From NCBI GenBank assembly GCA_032718475.1, contig JAUCBJ010005973.1:1-57434 (forward strand): 57,434 nt of DNA, in the 5' to 3' direction. Below the pieces are notes generated by a model. It saw nothing but the letters and a program-made list of their open reading frames with translations, was not told where the DNA came from and made no database searches. Positions 26,778-37,719 of the stretch are shown one piece after another. The DNA is from Nemertoderma westbladi (Eukaryota; Animalia; Xenacoelomorpha). Numbering within the stretch: position 1 is the first letter of the stretch; every line of letters begins with the position of its first letter. A program made the position numbers and the translations under genes.

Positions 26778-26885
26778 AGCTGAGGAGACGTTGGACTCCC
26801 TCTAGTGATTCTGCGAGTACTCCTAAGCCATCAGCAAAGTCTAGATCAGTTATGTACTTATCAGGATATGTAGAGCCGAAATTAT
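26778..26885 (-). mobile_element. Upstream piece of the split RTE (RT catalytic motif region)
   Basis: YPDKYITDLDFADGLGVLAESLEGVQRLLS, equivalent to TDTDFADDIALL in the young RTE. Confidence 0.85.
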
Positions 26886-28579
26886 TTTTAAGACTGATCT
26901 AATGTTATTCACATTGTTTGTAGCCATTTTTGACTGAGGCTGAGGGTTGTCACCATTTTTATGTGTTGTCACAACTTCCACCTATCCCAGCTAGCATCAT
27001 TGAGCGCTGGGGCATTTTCAACATTGCATTTTCAACATCTACATTGCATATTAACTTCCTAAACAAAGCCAATGCAAATCTAGATTCATTCGAGGTTTGT
27101 TCTAGAACAAATTTATTCATCAATATTCCAATGGGTATAGCTAGCTGCGATCCCAAGCTTTTCAGGACGTTATATCTTTATGATACCGCGATATTCTACA
27201 ATCAATTTAGTTACAAATATTCATTAACATCAATATCTTTACTTTAGCACTACGATCACTTCATCACTTTACATCTTAATATAGGATTAAAACATTCCAA
27301 ATATGGTAAGGGTGTTTTAATTGTCACACTTTCAATAACTACACTTTACTTGATCATATCTAGCGAGCCTGATCTATCTAGCGTAGCGTGAGTCTAAAAT
27401 GAGAATTGTCATTAAATTGAGCCATCATATTGGGGTTCATATTTGTAATTGGAATTTAATTTAAGATATAATAAAATACATATCGATCGTTTTTTAACAG
27501 TAAAATAAATTTACTTTTCTTATCAGATTAATAGTTGCAGCCTCGACCCCACATCTACTAAACGGACCTGTAAGTATAAAATATTCAAATATACAAACAA
27601 ACAAATCAGGAACTGTAGTAAATTTACTATCAAAATAATGGAAGCAAATGATTGGATTTCCTAAACCCTTTTTGAAGACAATTTTTTGAATGTCAATTAC
27701 GCACAATCCCAATGATGCCAGATGGGTATCAGTCGGATTATTGATGGCAGTCATATTATCTGCTAAAATATGACAAAGAATTCACTATATCCTCCCATTC
27801 AAGATTCAGTGGAAAATAAATCACTATATCCTTAACAAAACTGTCAACGAGTAAAAATGTATTGTGGAAATATAAGACATTTTTTGGAACAGAAATGTGT
27901 GAGGATGTTGGAGGTTAACTGGTGGCTGCCAGGTAATTGCAATATTTTATTTATAACTTATATCTCGTCCGCATTAGTAAAGCGAAACGGGGGATCTGTT
28001 TGACAATCATTGGGTAGAGGCTGGATGTGAGATTATTAGTTTATAAATAATTAATAGGCTGCAAACAATGGGTACATCTAATCAGATCATCATTCTGCAA
28101 CATAAAAATTTGTCACAATTACGAGAAACAATATCTTAGTAATCTTGGTAACATTTCTTTAAACAATTTGCTTGTATTGAAGTGAAAGTACAATCATATC
28201 TTAAAATAGTGTACTATAGTATTTATGAATGATCTATGCGGCTATCTATTTATCATTGTAATCGTATAAATTCATCAACACATGATGAATTCGTGGTTCT
28301 TCGTGAATCAAACCTGTCAGAATGATTTACATCTAAGATCTCAACTATCAAATCAACAATAACTGCATCAAATAAAATGGCATGTAAATCATTATATGTT
28401 TATATTTTTATATGGGTATCATTATCCCATGTTAATTTAACGCTTTTGTTAAGAAAGGATGTAACGATTAATTAAATTATTAGCGTTCATATTCAATAAG
28501 CTAGTGTTAGTCTTCGATTGGTACCTTCCATTTATATTACATCAAAACATTAATAATTATATTGCTGTTTAATGTTTAT

Positions 28580-28846
28580 TTATTTGTGTATCTGTTTACC
28601 AAGGCGGTGATCCCAGTTGATGGACCGCCCAGCCCGCTGTATGCTCATCAGTTGCATTCTATTCATATAATCCTGCAAAGAGAACCGTTTGTCCATTAAC
28701 TGGTCCTCCATGTATATAGTGGGTTCTTCTTGGGATTCGTTGATAACATCGTCGGTTAACGCGTACATTATCCGCCCCGATGTCGGACGCCATATCAGGA
28801 ATGTAATCACTAGGATAACATGTAAACATTTGACCAAAGTAGCCAT
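28580..28846 (-). CDS. Putative secreted neuropeptide/peptide-hormone precursor exon (88 aa as read)
   Basis: Signal-peptide-like N-terminus, acidic spacer, KR site, then FSLQDYMNRMQLMSIQRA-GR-SINWDHRL-GK. A splice acceptor (TTATGTTTAG) lies 21 nt upstream of the ATG. Confidence 0.55.
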   Translation of the reverse strand: MATLVKCLHVILVITFLIWRPTSGRIMYALTDDVINESQEEPTIYMEDQLMDKRFSLQDYMNRMQLMSIQRAGRSINWDHRLGKQIHK

Positions 28847-28964
28847 CTATACCAGTCGCATGTGTTCCTAAACATAATATAGATTTGTTAATTGTATCTA
28901 CTCATAGAAAACCATTTTATACTGTAAATAACAAACAAAGTTCAATTACATCGGCCGTTGCTAA

Positions 28965-28986
28965 TCTATACCTATAAAAATCAAAT

Positions 28987-29017
<31 letters not shown>

Positions 29018-29239
29018 GTGTTCGAACTCCTCCAAAACGGGCAGAGGGATTGCGCTGGGACTTGGCATGTGTGTATAACCAGCAGTCGTTATAGGCCACT
29101 TTTAGAAAAGTTTAATTCACGTTCGGTACCGGTACTGGGTACCGGTACGTCAGTAGGCCTATCCCAGTACCAGTATGCCAGTAGGCCTATGCCGGTAGCG
29201 GGAAATACCGGGTAACATGCCTCGGGTATTGCCTGCTAG
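28965..29239 (+). mobile_element. Non-autonomous Helitron, 275 bp
   Basis: A|TCTATACCTATAAAA start, (CT)n tract, subterminal hairpin AATACCG...CGGGTATT, and CTAG|T end; no TSD. Confidence 0.8.
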
Positions 29240-29724
29240 TATCAGATAATATGAAAAATATAGCGTAAATAATAAAATAGAAATAATCAATAATCATTAA
29301 ACCATCACCCTTAATACATCATCCATTTTTAGCTTTCGGAGCCCCACCCCCAATTTTTCCACACCACACCCGCACCCGCATCCTTACTGGTTATGGCCGG
29401 ATTTTAAATTTTCAAATTAGATTTACCAAGACTTTCCAAAAAGTCACATTTTAGCAATTCTTAACCACATCCATGTGCATTTTTCGTCTTTTGAATGTAA
29501 TCTTGATATATAGAAAACATTATGTTCTAGAATTCCTTAATTACGGGTATAAGGATAAAATAATATAAAAAAACTAATAATTAATAATCAATGAATCATT
29601 AAAACATTAAATTAAATTTCTAATAACAAAAACTCATAAATATAACGCCTGGTCCGTGATGCGGTCACTAGTAAGTGAAGGCAGATTTTGGAGAGAAATG
29701 AGACAGATAATATGGGGATGTACT

Positions 29725-30837
29725 GGTGTTCGGACACTTCCCCCCCCGGACACTTCCCCCCCGGACAGTTCCCCCCCGCTCAAGTCGGACACTTCCCCCC
29801 CGGACACTTCCCCCCCAGACACTTCCCCCCCGCGGACACTTCCCCCCCGACTGCTCTTAACTTCGCACATTCGTATTTTTCATTTTGTAAGGTAAACGGA
29901 CCGCTTGTATCCAGATAAGTTGTATCCAATTTTCCTTTCGTAGCTCAGAAAGTTATCTTTTGCATCCCGATTTTACATTTTATATCCAATTTTTATTTAT
30001 GGGTTTTATCAATGCAATTACATCGTATTGTTTGCTAATCTTTAAACAATTAATTATATTAGATGACCTACAAATTCCATCCCCGGAATGATATACTGTT
30101 TTTATTAACTATAGAATTATAATAATTAATTGTTTTAATTATAGGTATTATTATGTAATAGTCTTCTTCAAATTGTAGCAGATGGGGATGAATTATTATT
30201 CTTGCAATCAAAATTATACCTCTCCAGGGTAAAATCGACATGCGTCGACCTGTATTCTGTGATCAGCATTACATATTGATATATATATTACTACTATACA
30301 TACTATATAGATATTATACACACTACATATTAAATTTCCTGGTTACTTGCAATATTTTTAATAGGATTTTGTTGAATTATATAATATTGTAGTAATTTAT
30401 ATATTAAATTGGTTAACATTCAATACAGCTCGACTACTTTAGGCTTAGTCAATGTATTATCTGATGATACAAACATGAATTAATTATTTCAAAGTGGTCT
30501 TCAGTCTTTCACCACGGGCACTCAGGGAAATGCCGGGGTCTGGGGGCGATAACCCCCAAGAAAAGAAGCGGGGGTTTGGGGGCGGTAGCCCCCAACAAAA
30601 GAAGCAATTAAAAGAAATTAAAAGAATTAAAAGAAAAACAAACAAAATTTGACTATAAAAATGTTTCTTTTATAATTTTGAAAACTTGTCAAGATACAAC
30701 TTGTCCTGTAACCATCTTTAACTTTTGTTTATTGCTTTGATGCACCCAGATTAATTTTAACACTTTAACTGGGGGGGAAGTGTCCGGGGGGGAAGTGTCC
30801 GGGGGGGAAGTGTCCGGGGGGGAAGTGTCCTAGATCC
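29725..30837 (+). mobile_element. Complete non-autonomous foldback/Mutator-like element with (GGACACTTCCCCCCC)n arms
   Basis: GGTGTTCGGACAC...GTGTCCTAGATCC termini. Perfect 8-bp TSD GATGTACT (29717-29724, 30838-30845). A second copy lies at 14663-15718. Confidence 0.9.
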
Positions 30838-31718
30838 GATGTACTCTCTAGAAAGGAGGCATTATATATTCTTTAAAAATGGAGTGCGCGCTAATTGGTG
30901 TTGTAACATATTGCAGGGTTTCACTGGATGTAACTGCTTCAGTAGGTAGGCGGTGGTGTATGCACTTATCTCATCATGTTCCTTGTCATTCTACTTCAAG
31001 TTCCCAGATGAGGTTATCAAAAATTGCGATATTAAAAAGTAAAAACGTGAAGTAGTGTTTTTTCGGCCTTAATACCACATATAAATTCTGACAACTTAAT
31101 TCCAGTGCAGGAACTTATTTGCAAGAATGTTGGCCTCGGTACATGGCATATGTTAGTGGAGAGACAACAATAGTATTTTAAGGGCACTCTGATAGCTTAA
31201 TTATTGTATTATTTTTTATCGAAGAACAGTGACAGGGACGAAAGGGAATTATCGCCAAAGATTAAACAAACCCCTTTCCATTAATTAACTGGTACATTGC
31301 GTGTAGCAAAGGTTATGCTGTACACATATGGGAATATTGTGATGCTTCGAATTCAAATATATATTTTACTTTCTGATAATCTTCACTGGCACTACTGTAA
31401 ATTAAATTAAAATTAAATTAAAAAAATGAAATATAAAATCAATAAACATTTAAGAATAATATTAAAAGTAAATAATAATTAATTAGGAAAAATCCTCTAT
31501 ATTATTATTACTTATTTGTATTTTCTATCAGCCCTCAAATTCGAGTTTCAGTGTACACACCCACTCATCCTTATAAGTGCCGACATCGCATGGGCTTTGG
31601 ATCTGGTGTATCCCAAATCCCACACGGTCTCAGCGCTACAGTTCCTAATAAACTGCTCGTCTCTGATTGGTTCAGGTTGAATTACATTGCCTGTGCCGAG
31701 ACTGTATGGGGTTCGTAT

Positions 31719-31777
31719 ATATGCCGAATTGGCCACCGGGCAGGCGTAGTGCCTGCCCGGTGGCCAATTCGGCATAT
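31719..31777. repeat. Perfect GC-rich hairpin, 27-bp stem and 5-nt loop
   Basis: ATATGCCGAATTGGCCACCGGGCAGGC gtagt GCCTGCCCGGTGGCCAATTCGGCATAT. Confidence 0.95.
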
Positions 31778-34455
31778 TGGGACTTCTAGAACTAAAAGTG
31801 TGTGGGCGGTCGACGCATGAGTTCTTTGGAACTAGACGGTTCTTAATAAACATCTGTTTCATTCTCCATTGCACTAAGCTTAACTACCCCCCGTAAGTAT
31901 GTGTCATTAGTAAACTGTTACCACGCTTTCATTACATTTAGTCCTAAATCCCATCTTTGGTTTGCTAGATCATAATATTGATTCTAAACATATGTTAACA
32001 GGGTCCATGTTCACGTTCATGATATATCAATGTTAAATCTTATTTTAATACACATTCAATCAATAGTTGTTAATTTAAATAATAGTGCAATTTATAACCA
32101 TATTACATTTAAAATTTATCTGTAAAATATACTTTGTTTATAAATTGCTAAAGTTTAACTTGAAGCAACTGCTAATTGATTACATACCAACACATCTAAC
32201 AACATTACACCATCAATCAATCAGACTTTTTTTTAATTTAAAATAAATTTAAATTTAATTTAAAATTTAAAAACAAATTTTGTAGTTTTATATTTAGTTT
32301 TTTGAATATAAATAAGAAATCTTCAGATCATCTTGTTCTACAAGATTCCGAATATGAAACAGTTTTAATAATACAATAATAATGAAATTTAATATTTTAT
32401 TGTTTATATGTATCTATCTATAGAGTTGGATCATCTTAAGTCCTGTTTAAATTACTTAATAATTTAATATTTTTTTCAATATTTGGAATCTGCAGATAAA
32501 ACGATTTTATAGACATCTTGATTATATTCCAAAAACTAAAACAACCGATGCACTAGATTTTATAGTGCTAAAAAGATATAAATTAACAGCTTGTTGTTAT
32601 GTGGTGGTTACATGTGGTTACAGTATATTTTTTTTGTTATGTATGAATAAACTAAATCCCATTTTTTTGAATTTGCAGCAGGATCGAGGGAGCTGTCTTT
32701 GGGCTCTTCGAAATATAGCAATTTTATTCAAATCTACTATACTATTTCATGATTTTAGATTTTATGATTTTTACAGATTTAATGATTTGATTATTTTTAT
32801 CATTTAAATACATGTTACATTATATTTATATTTATATTACATTATGATCATTTAAAAACGCTGTGAAAAATATGCATCTTTTTATTTTAAATTTGCAATA
32901 CTCAGATACTGCAATAGGCTGATAGGGCTGAGTTCTTGCATACCGGTAATGCAATCAGCCGAGTTTACAATTGAGAACAGCATTTTACCAATCTTCATCA
33001 TCACGAATTTAATTAATTGTAGTGTCAAAAAACGCGCCAGATTCTCGACTTTCAATTGATATAAGCCGCGTGTGAAATGATTGAGAATTAATGTGTATTT
33101 GAATGGTCCGAAAATCACTAACCATAGAAACCAATATAAGAAATTATCAGAGCACTACGTAATGACGTCAGATCTGTAGAAACAAATCACAGCCGATTTT
33201 CAAAATTGGCTTCCCGCTCTTACTTAAACCCGCCATTTCGACCTTTTACACGTGTTTTTATTTTTACAAAAACACACCCCGCCACTCGATTCAGGGCACC
33301 TTATTACCCCTAATTCAATTGATTCTAGCCAATCTATTTTTTTCGCACAATCTCTGTTACCATATTATTTATTACCAATCTGGTTTCATCTTTAGTAAGA
33401 CATTTTCTTAAACAACAAAGGCTCTACCGCTAAACCCCAATACAATAGAGGATAGGATGTGATTGCCATTCACTTTATTTTAATTTATTATTACGTACTT
33501 ACCTTACAGTACATAGATGTACAAGTACATATGTTTAATATATATTATTCAACTAATATATTTCGTATACGTACATACAATTTATTCATTATCATTAAAA
33601 CTAAATGTAATTAATTTGCCTTTGATTGCGACCGAAGTGGACATAAGTCGCGTTGCGCGTAATCCTTGGCCCATTGCCCAAAGGAGTAGTAACATTGTAC
33701 TAAAAGATAGTCAATAGTCATATATTTTGTATGCCGAATTAAAAAAACATATAATTGTTTTCGAACAAAAATTTAAATATTTAATAGTATTATTTACCTT
33801 TAAAACGTCTATTCCTTTAATTATATAATTATCGTTCGGGTGTATAATTAGAAACTTAATACACAGGCTTACTTTATCGTTAGATTTATTTATCTTCTGG
33901 TACAAGAAATATTCATTACTAGTTTGTCATTTTATCCACAACATAAGGTTGATATTTATTTATTTATATATTAAAATATCTATAATACAAGCAAAATCTG
34001 GGATTGGAGAAAAAAACTGATATAAAAAGAACCATTGCCAGTTTTTGAACAACCAATCATTATAATCAATGCATTTGCAATAAGCCAATCATGAGTCACA
34101 AGCATTATGATTGTAAATGAAAAGCTGCTATGAATTTGTGATTTAATTTAAAAGTCTCAGCTTATGAATTTATCCATCCTTCCATACATATAATGGCTCG
34201 GCGATAATAACATTAATATGAAATAATATCTTTATAATCTATAATCTGTTTATAAACTGTTTATTTAATATTATTGTAACTAAATCTCTAGTTGCAAGGT
34301 AGCAAAATGGAACCCTTTTGTGCTCAGATGCCCAGTCCTGAAATGTCATTGGACCCCGACAAACCTCAGAAAATAGAGAAATTTCCAGTGTTCCACTAAT
34401 ATTAATATTAATATTAATATTATTATATAATGTTAATGTTAATATATAGATAATA

Positions 34456-34606
34456 TTTTAATATTACAATAATAATTATCATACAATTACTATATTATTT
34501 TAAAATAAATATAATCTTAATTATACAATATTTATATTGTATAATTAGGATTATATTTATTTTAAAATATAGTAATTATATGATAATTATTATTGTAATA
34601 TTAAAA
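34456..34606. repeat. Near-perfect AT-rich palindrome, ~150 bp
   Basis: Arms of ~72 bp pair with two mismatches and a 3-nt indel; centre near 34532. Confidence 0.9.
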
Positions 34607-34869
34607 GCAGCAACTTGCTCTAGTGGTGACATTCATGAGCATCCAACTTGGTTCGAACCGTGGGTAGATGGGGGCAGCACTTAAAATCTGTACCATCGTG
34701 CATACATATACATTTGCCTTGATAAATAACCAAAATAGCTAGTAGTGGATCCGTCTTAAGTCCTACGACATTAGGTTGTGCGACATTAGGCCTCGCTTAA
34801 TACAGTGAAAGGTCGATGGTGATGACATGATTGGCTTGGACAAAGGTGCAGTGCTGGCGGAACCAGCAT

Positions 34870-35520
34870 CATAGTGCCCCAAGATCTCGAGGTCAGCCAT
34901 ACACTTTCACTTATCCTCAATTCCGGTGTCATTGACCACGCGTTTGAGGAAAGTTATTGGCTGTCCACTGCGCTCACCGGCAAGCAGCAGGCTGCCACAG
35001 CATATGGTTGTGTAGGATACATTTTTTGCTAGTCTGTTTCCATGGATTTGTGTCCATGGTCTGTTTTGTGGCCATGAATTGTTGCTATTGGCAATGAGGC
35101 CAACACAGGATGTAGCCACCTGTAAGCTAGATAACAGCTTCTGTGCTCCATTCAATGTTTCTAACAGTAAATCAAGATCATCAGCAAAATCACGATGGGT
35201 TAGCTACTAGCGACCCACGACCAAGGATAGCTTATGGTGGAGGTATTTCCATCCCATATCCGCGCTAAGAATATCAACAGCTGTCTGCAACACATTGCCC
35301 ACCACAATAATGAAGAGATAAGGGGCTAATATATCTCCTTGAAGGACACATTGAAGAACCTAGAATGGGTCTGTACCTCCATCTGTGGTGGATAGACAGG
35401 TTGTGGAACCCCATATATTGGGGAATACTGGAAAAAAAACATGGATGTGATGCAGAATCGATGGCCTTGAATAAATAAAGAAATATGATAACCAAAATGT
35501 CGTCTTTCTTTCTTTGTAAA
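34870..35520 (-). mobile_element. Highly degraded RTE LINE fragment
   Basis: QGDILAPYLFIIVV, DFADDLDLLLETLNGAQKLL, GQPITFLKRVVNDTG. Confidence 0.75.
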
Positions 35521-35680
35521 CAGCGGAATGTCAGAGAGTATTGTGTAGATAGGATACTACGACTTGGGTTGAATTGGATATTATTTGGACGTAGAAAATC
35601 TTAATAGTGATAAAATATCTCAGCAATTAATTCCTCAATTAAATTTAGATATTATTACAGATTTCGAAATTGCAACGTAA

Positions 35681-36143
35681 GCCGCGTTCACACTACCGAG
35701 TCAAACTCAAAAGACAAAATGTACCGGACCACGCCATCCACTGTACAGGCCTCCCCAAGCAATCCTCCCTTCTTAAAACTGCCATAACCTTTACAACCTA
35801 AAACTCCCCACGGCTGCAACAGCAAACTTTCCCCATTTGTAAACTTTCATCTACTTTTAACCTATTTTAATCATTTGTATTTAACATTATAAGTCAAAAT
35901 ATTAATATCATTTTTTACTGTTTGTATATATATGTATATATATATATACCGAAATTTCACACCATATGTATGTATATGATAATAAACGCCTCTGATTCAA
36001 AAGACAAAATGTAAAACACATCACATGAAATACAATTTTTTCTAGAATGCCCTTATGTATTATATTATATAATGTATTATTATCTACTATTGCTAGCTAT
36101 ATTTATTTTCTAGGTCCTTTGACTCGGTAGTGTGAACGCGGCC
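35681..36143. mobile_element. Harbinger/Tourist-like MITE
   Basis: 25-bp TIR GCCGCGTTCACACTACCGAGTCAAA, flanked by TAA and TTA. Confidence 0.8.
35724..35996 (+). mobile_element. Short 5'-truncated LINE 3' end nested in the MITE
   Basis: 17-bp TSD TCAAAAGACAAAATGTA (35707-35723, 35997-36013). Contains an LKTAIT.YN-like ORF2 end and AATAAA near the 3' end. Confidence 0.7.
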
Positions 36144-36745
36144 TTACCTTTCAATCAATAACAAGATATCACTGCAACATTGAAGAGAAACAGTAATGCG
36201 ACTGGTACAATGAGGTCAAATTCTCTCTGTTGTTTCAAATAACCACAGCAGGAGTGGCATATGTGTATTTATTTTCCACGCACTGGACATAACATTTCTT
36301 CACTGTTGTAATGTCGATATATCAATAATATCAAATGAAGCATGTTCTAAACTATACTAAACTTACCTCCCCACCCCAAGCAAAGTACGACTATTACAGA
36401 TGACAAGGTAACAATATCATAGCATAGATGACATAATTACTTATATATGATGTATAAATTTGACATGTCAATTTAAACAATGATTGTCAGTGTAATATAC
36501 AATGTGTTGGATGAAACAACCCTTCCTTTTTTCTAAGGCAAGAACTTCTTCAGATGATTAATCAATTTTCTTGTTAACCATACTTTTTATTAGCCTTTAA
36601 TCCCACCGTAAAGAAAGACACATCCTTTACGGAAGTAACACTTCAGGAAGTGATTTCGCTTGTAATTTACTCCAATTGTAATTCCTTTTCCATGTCCGTT
36701 GTTGCATCCCTTCTAACCTAATTAAATAATAATTTGTAAATGCAA

Positions 36746-36992
36746 GGGGGTTGACACTACGCCTACATCTAAGACTACGCCTACACCTATGCCTAAACAC
36801 ATAGACCTAATTGTTAGTAAGTAAGCAGGTTACAGAGGTTGAAAGGAATAAAAACAATAAATGAGAGTTTGGGATATTGTAGAGAATTTAATTGATATTT
36901 AACTGCTTGCCAAACAAGAATCAGATGTATAGGCCTACTGGCATACGGTACATGTGTGTGTAGGCTTAGGTGTAGGCGTAAGGTTTAGCCCC
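36746..36992. mobile_element. Small MITE with imperfect TIRs made of TACGCCTACAC repeats
   Basis: GGGGTTGACACTACGCCTACATCTAAG versus CTTAGGTGTAGGCGTAAGGTTTAGCCCC. Confidence 0.6.
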
Positions 36993-37719
36993 TACCAACA
37001 TGCAACAAAGAACTGTAAATTTGGATTCTACCGGTCATGTCATTATTAATTGTTAGGTTCTTAGATGATGCCCTTAGGTGCCTTTGTTGGACATGTAAAA
37101 TACTTATTTTGCCTAGGATATATTTTATAGAGATCTGGTTGAAGACCTTCGAATACTAAAGGACAAGGTAGTGACTGCATTAATTAAATAATTAAGCGTA
37201 TGAAACGACCTTCTCTAAAGACCTTCTTTAAAGTTAAATTTAATCTGGGCAGCAGTATTGCTTATGCTGATATATGCCAAACCTGATGTTACTGCAGATC
37301 CCTGTCACCACATCACGCATAGATCAGGATACTACATAACACAGTATCCATGGTATAATGTCCAACCTATGGAGGTTTTGAAGCGGAATACTGTCGAGTG
37401 CTGTATGAGAGAACATTCATTCATTCAACAGAACGCCCGGGCGAACCGGTATTATATTAGTTAAAATTAAGTAAAATAGCACCATGGCTAAAATAAAATG
37501 CATATATATATATATAGTAAAAGCACCAGACAAAGAAAGAGGGGGAAAGGCTCTGGTTCGAGCAACTGGGAATGGGTAATGGGAGGGAACATACTTATGA
37601 ACAGTGCGTGCCCATCAGCCAACTGCAACAGTAGAGGTGAGCTAACTCATAGAGTACATATATGAGCAGAACTCGTACTCGTTAAATTATGTTGAAGTAT
37701 TCTAGTATGAGAGAGCGTT

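Noticed and set aside
29634-29918. Gly/Pro-rich, collagen-like ORFs (also 15456-15806 and 14798-15007)
   Set aside because: Translations of transposon arm repeats.
31178-33303. Kolobok-like element bounded by TTAAGGGCAC and GGGCACCTTA
   Set aside because: TIR match is poor and the right TTAA is imperfect; insufficient support.
34640-34700. SINE fragment with GGTTCGAACC
   Set aside because: Only a B-box-like motif; no A box, tail or TSD identified.
36144-36720. Minus-strand exons with a 20-nt intron
   Set aside because: Splice-like motifs are present, but the frames I read carry stops and no product is recognisable.
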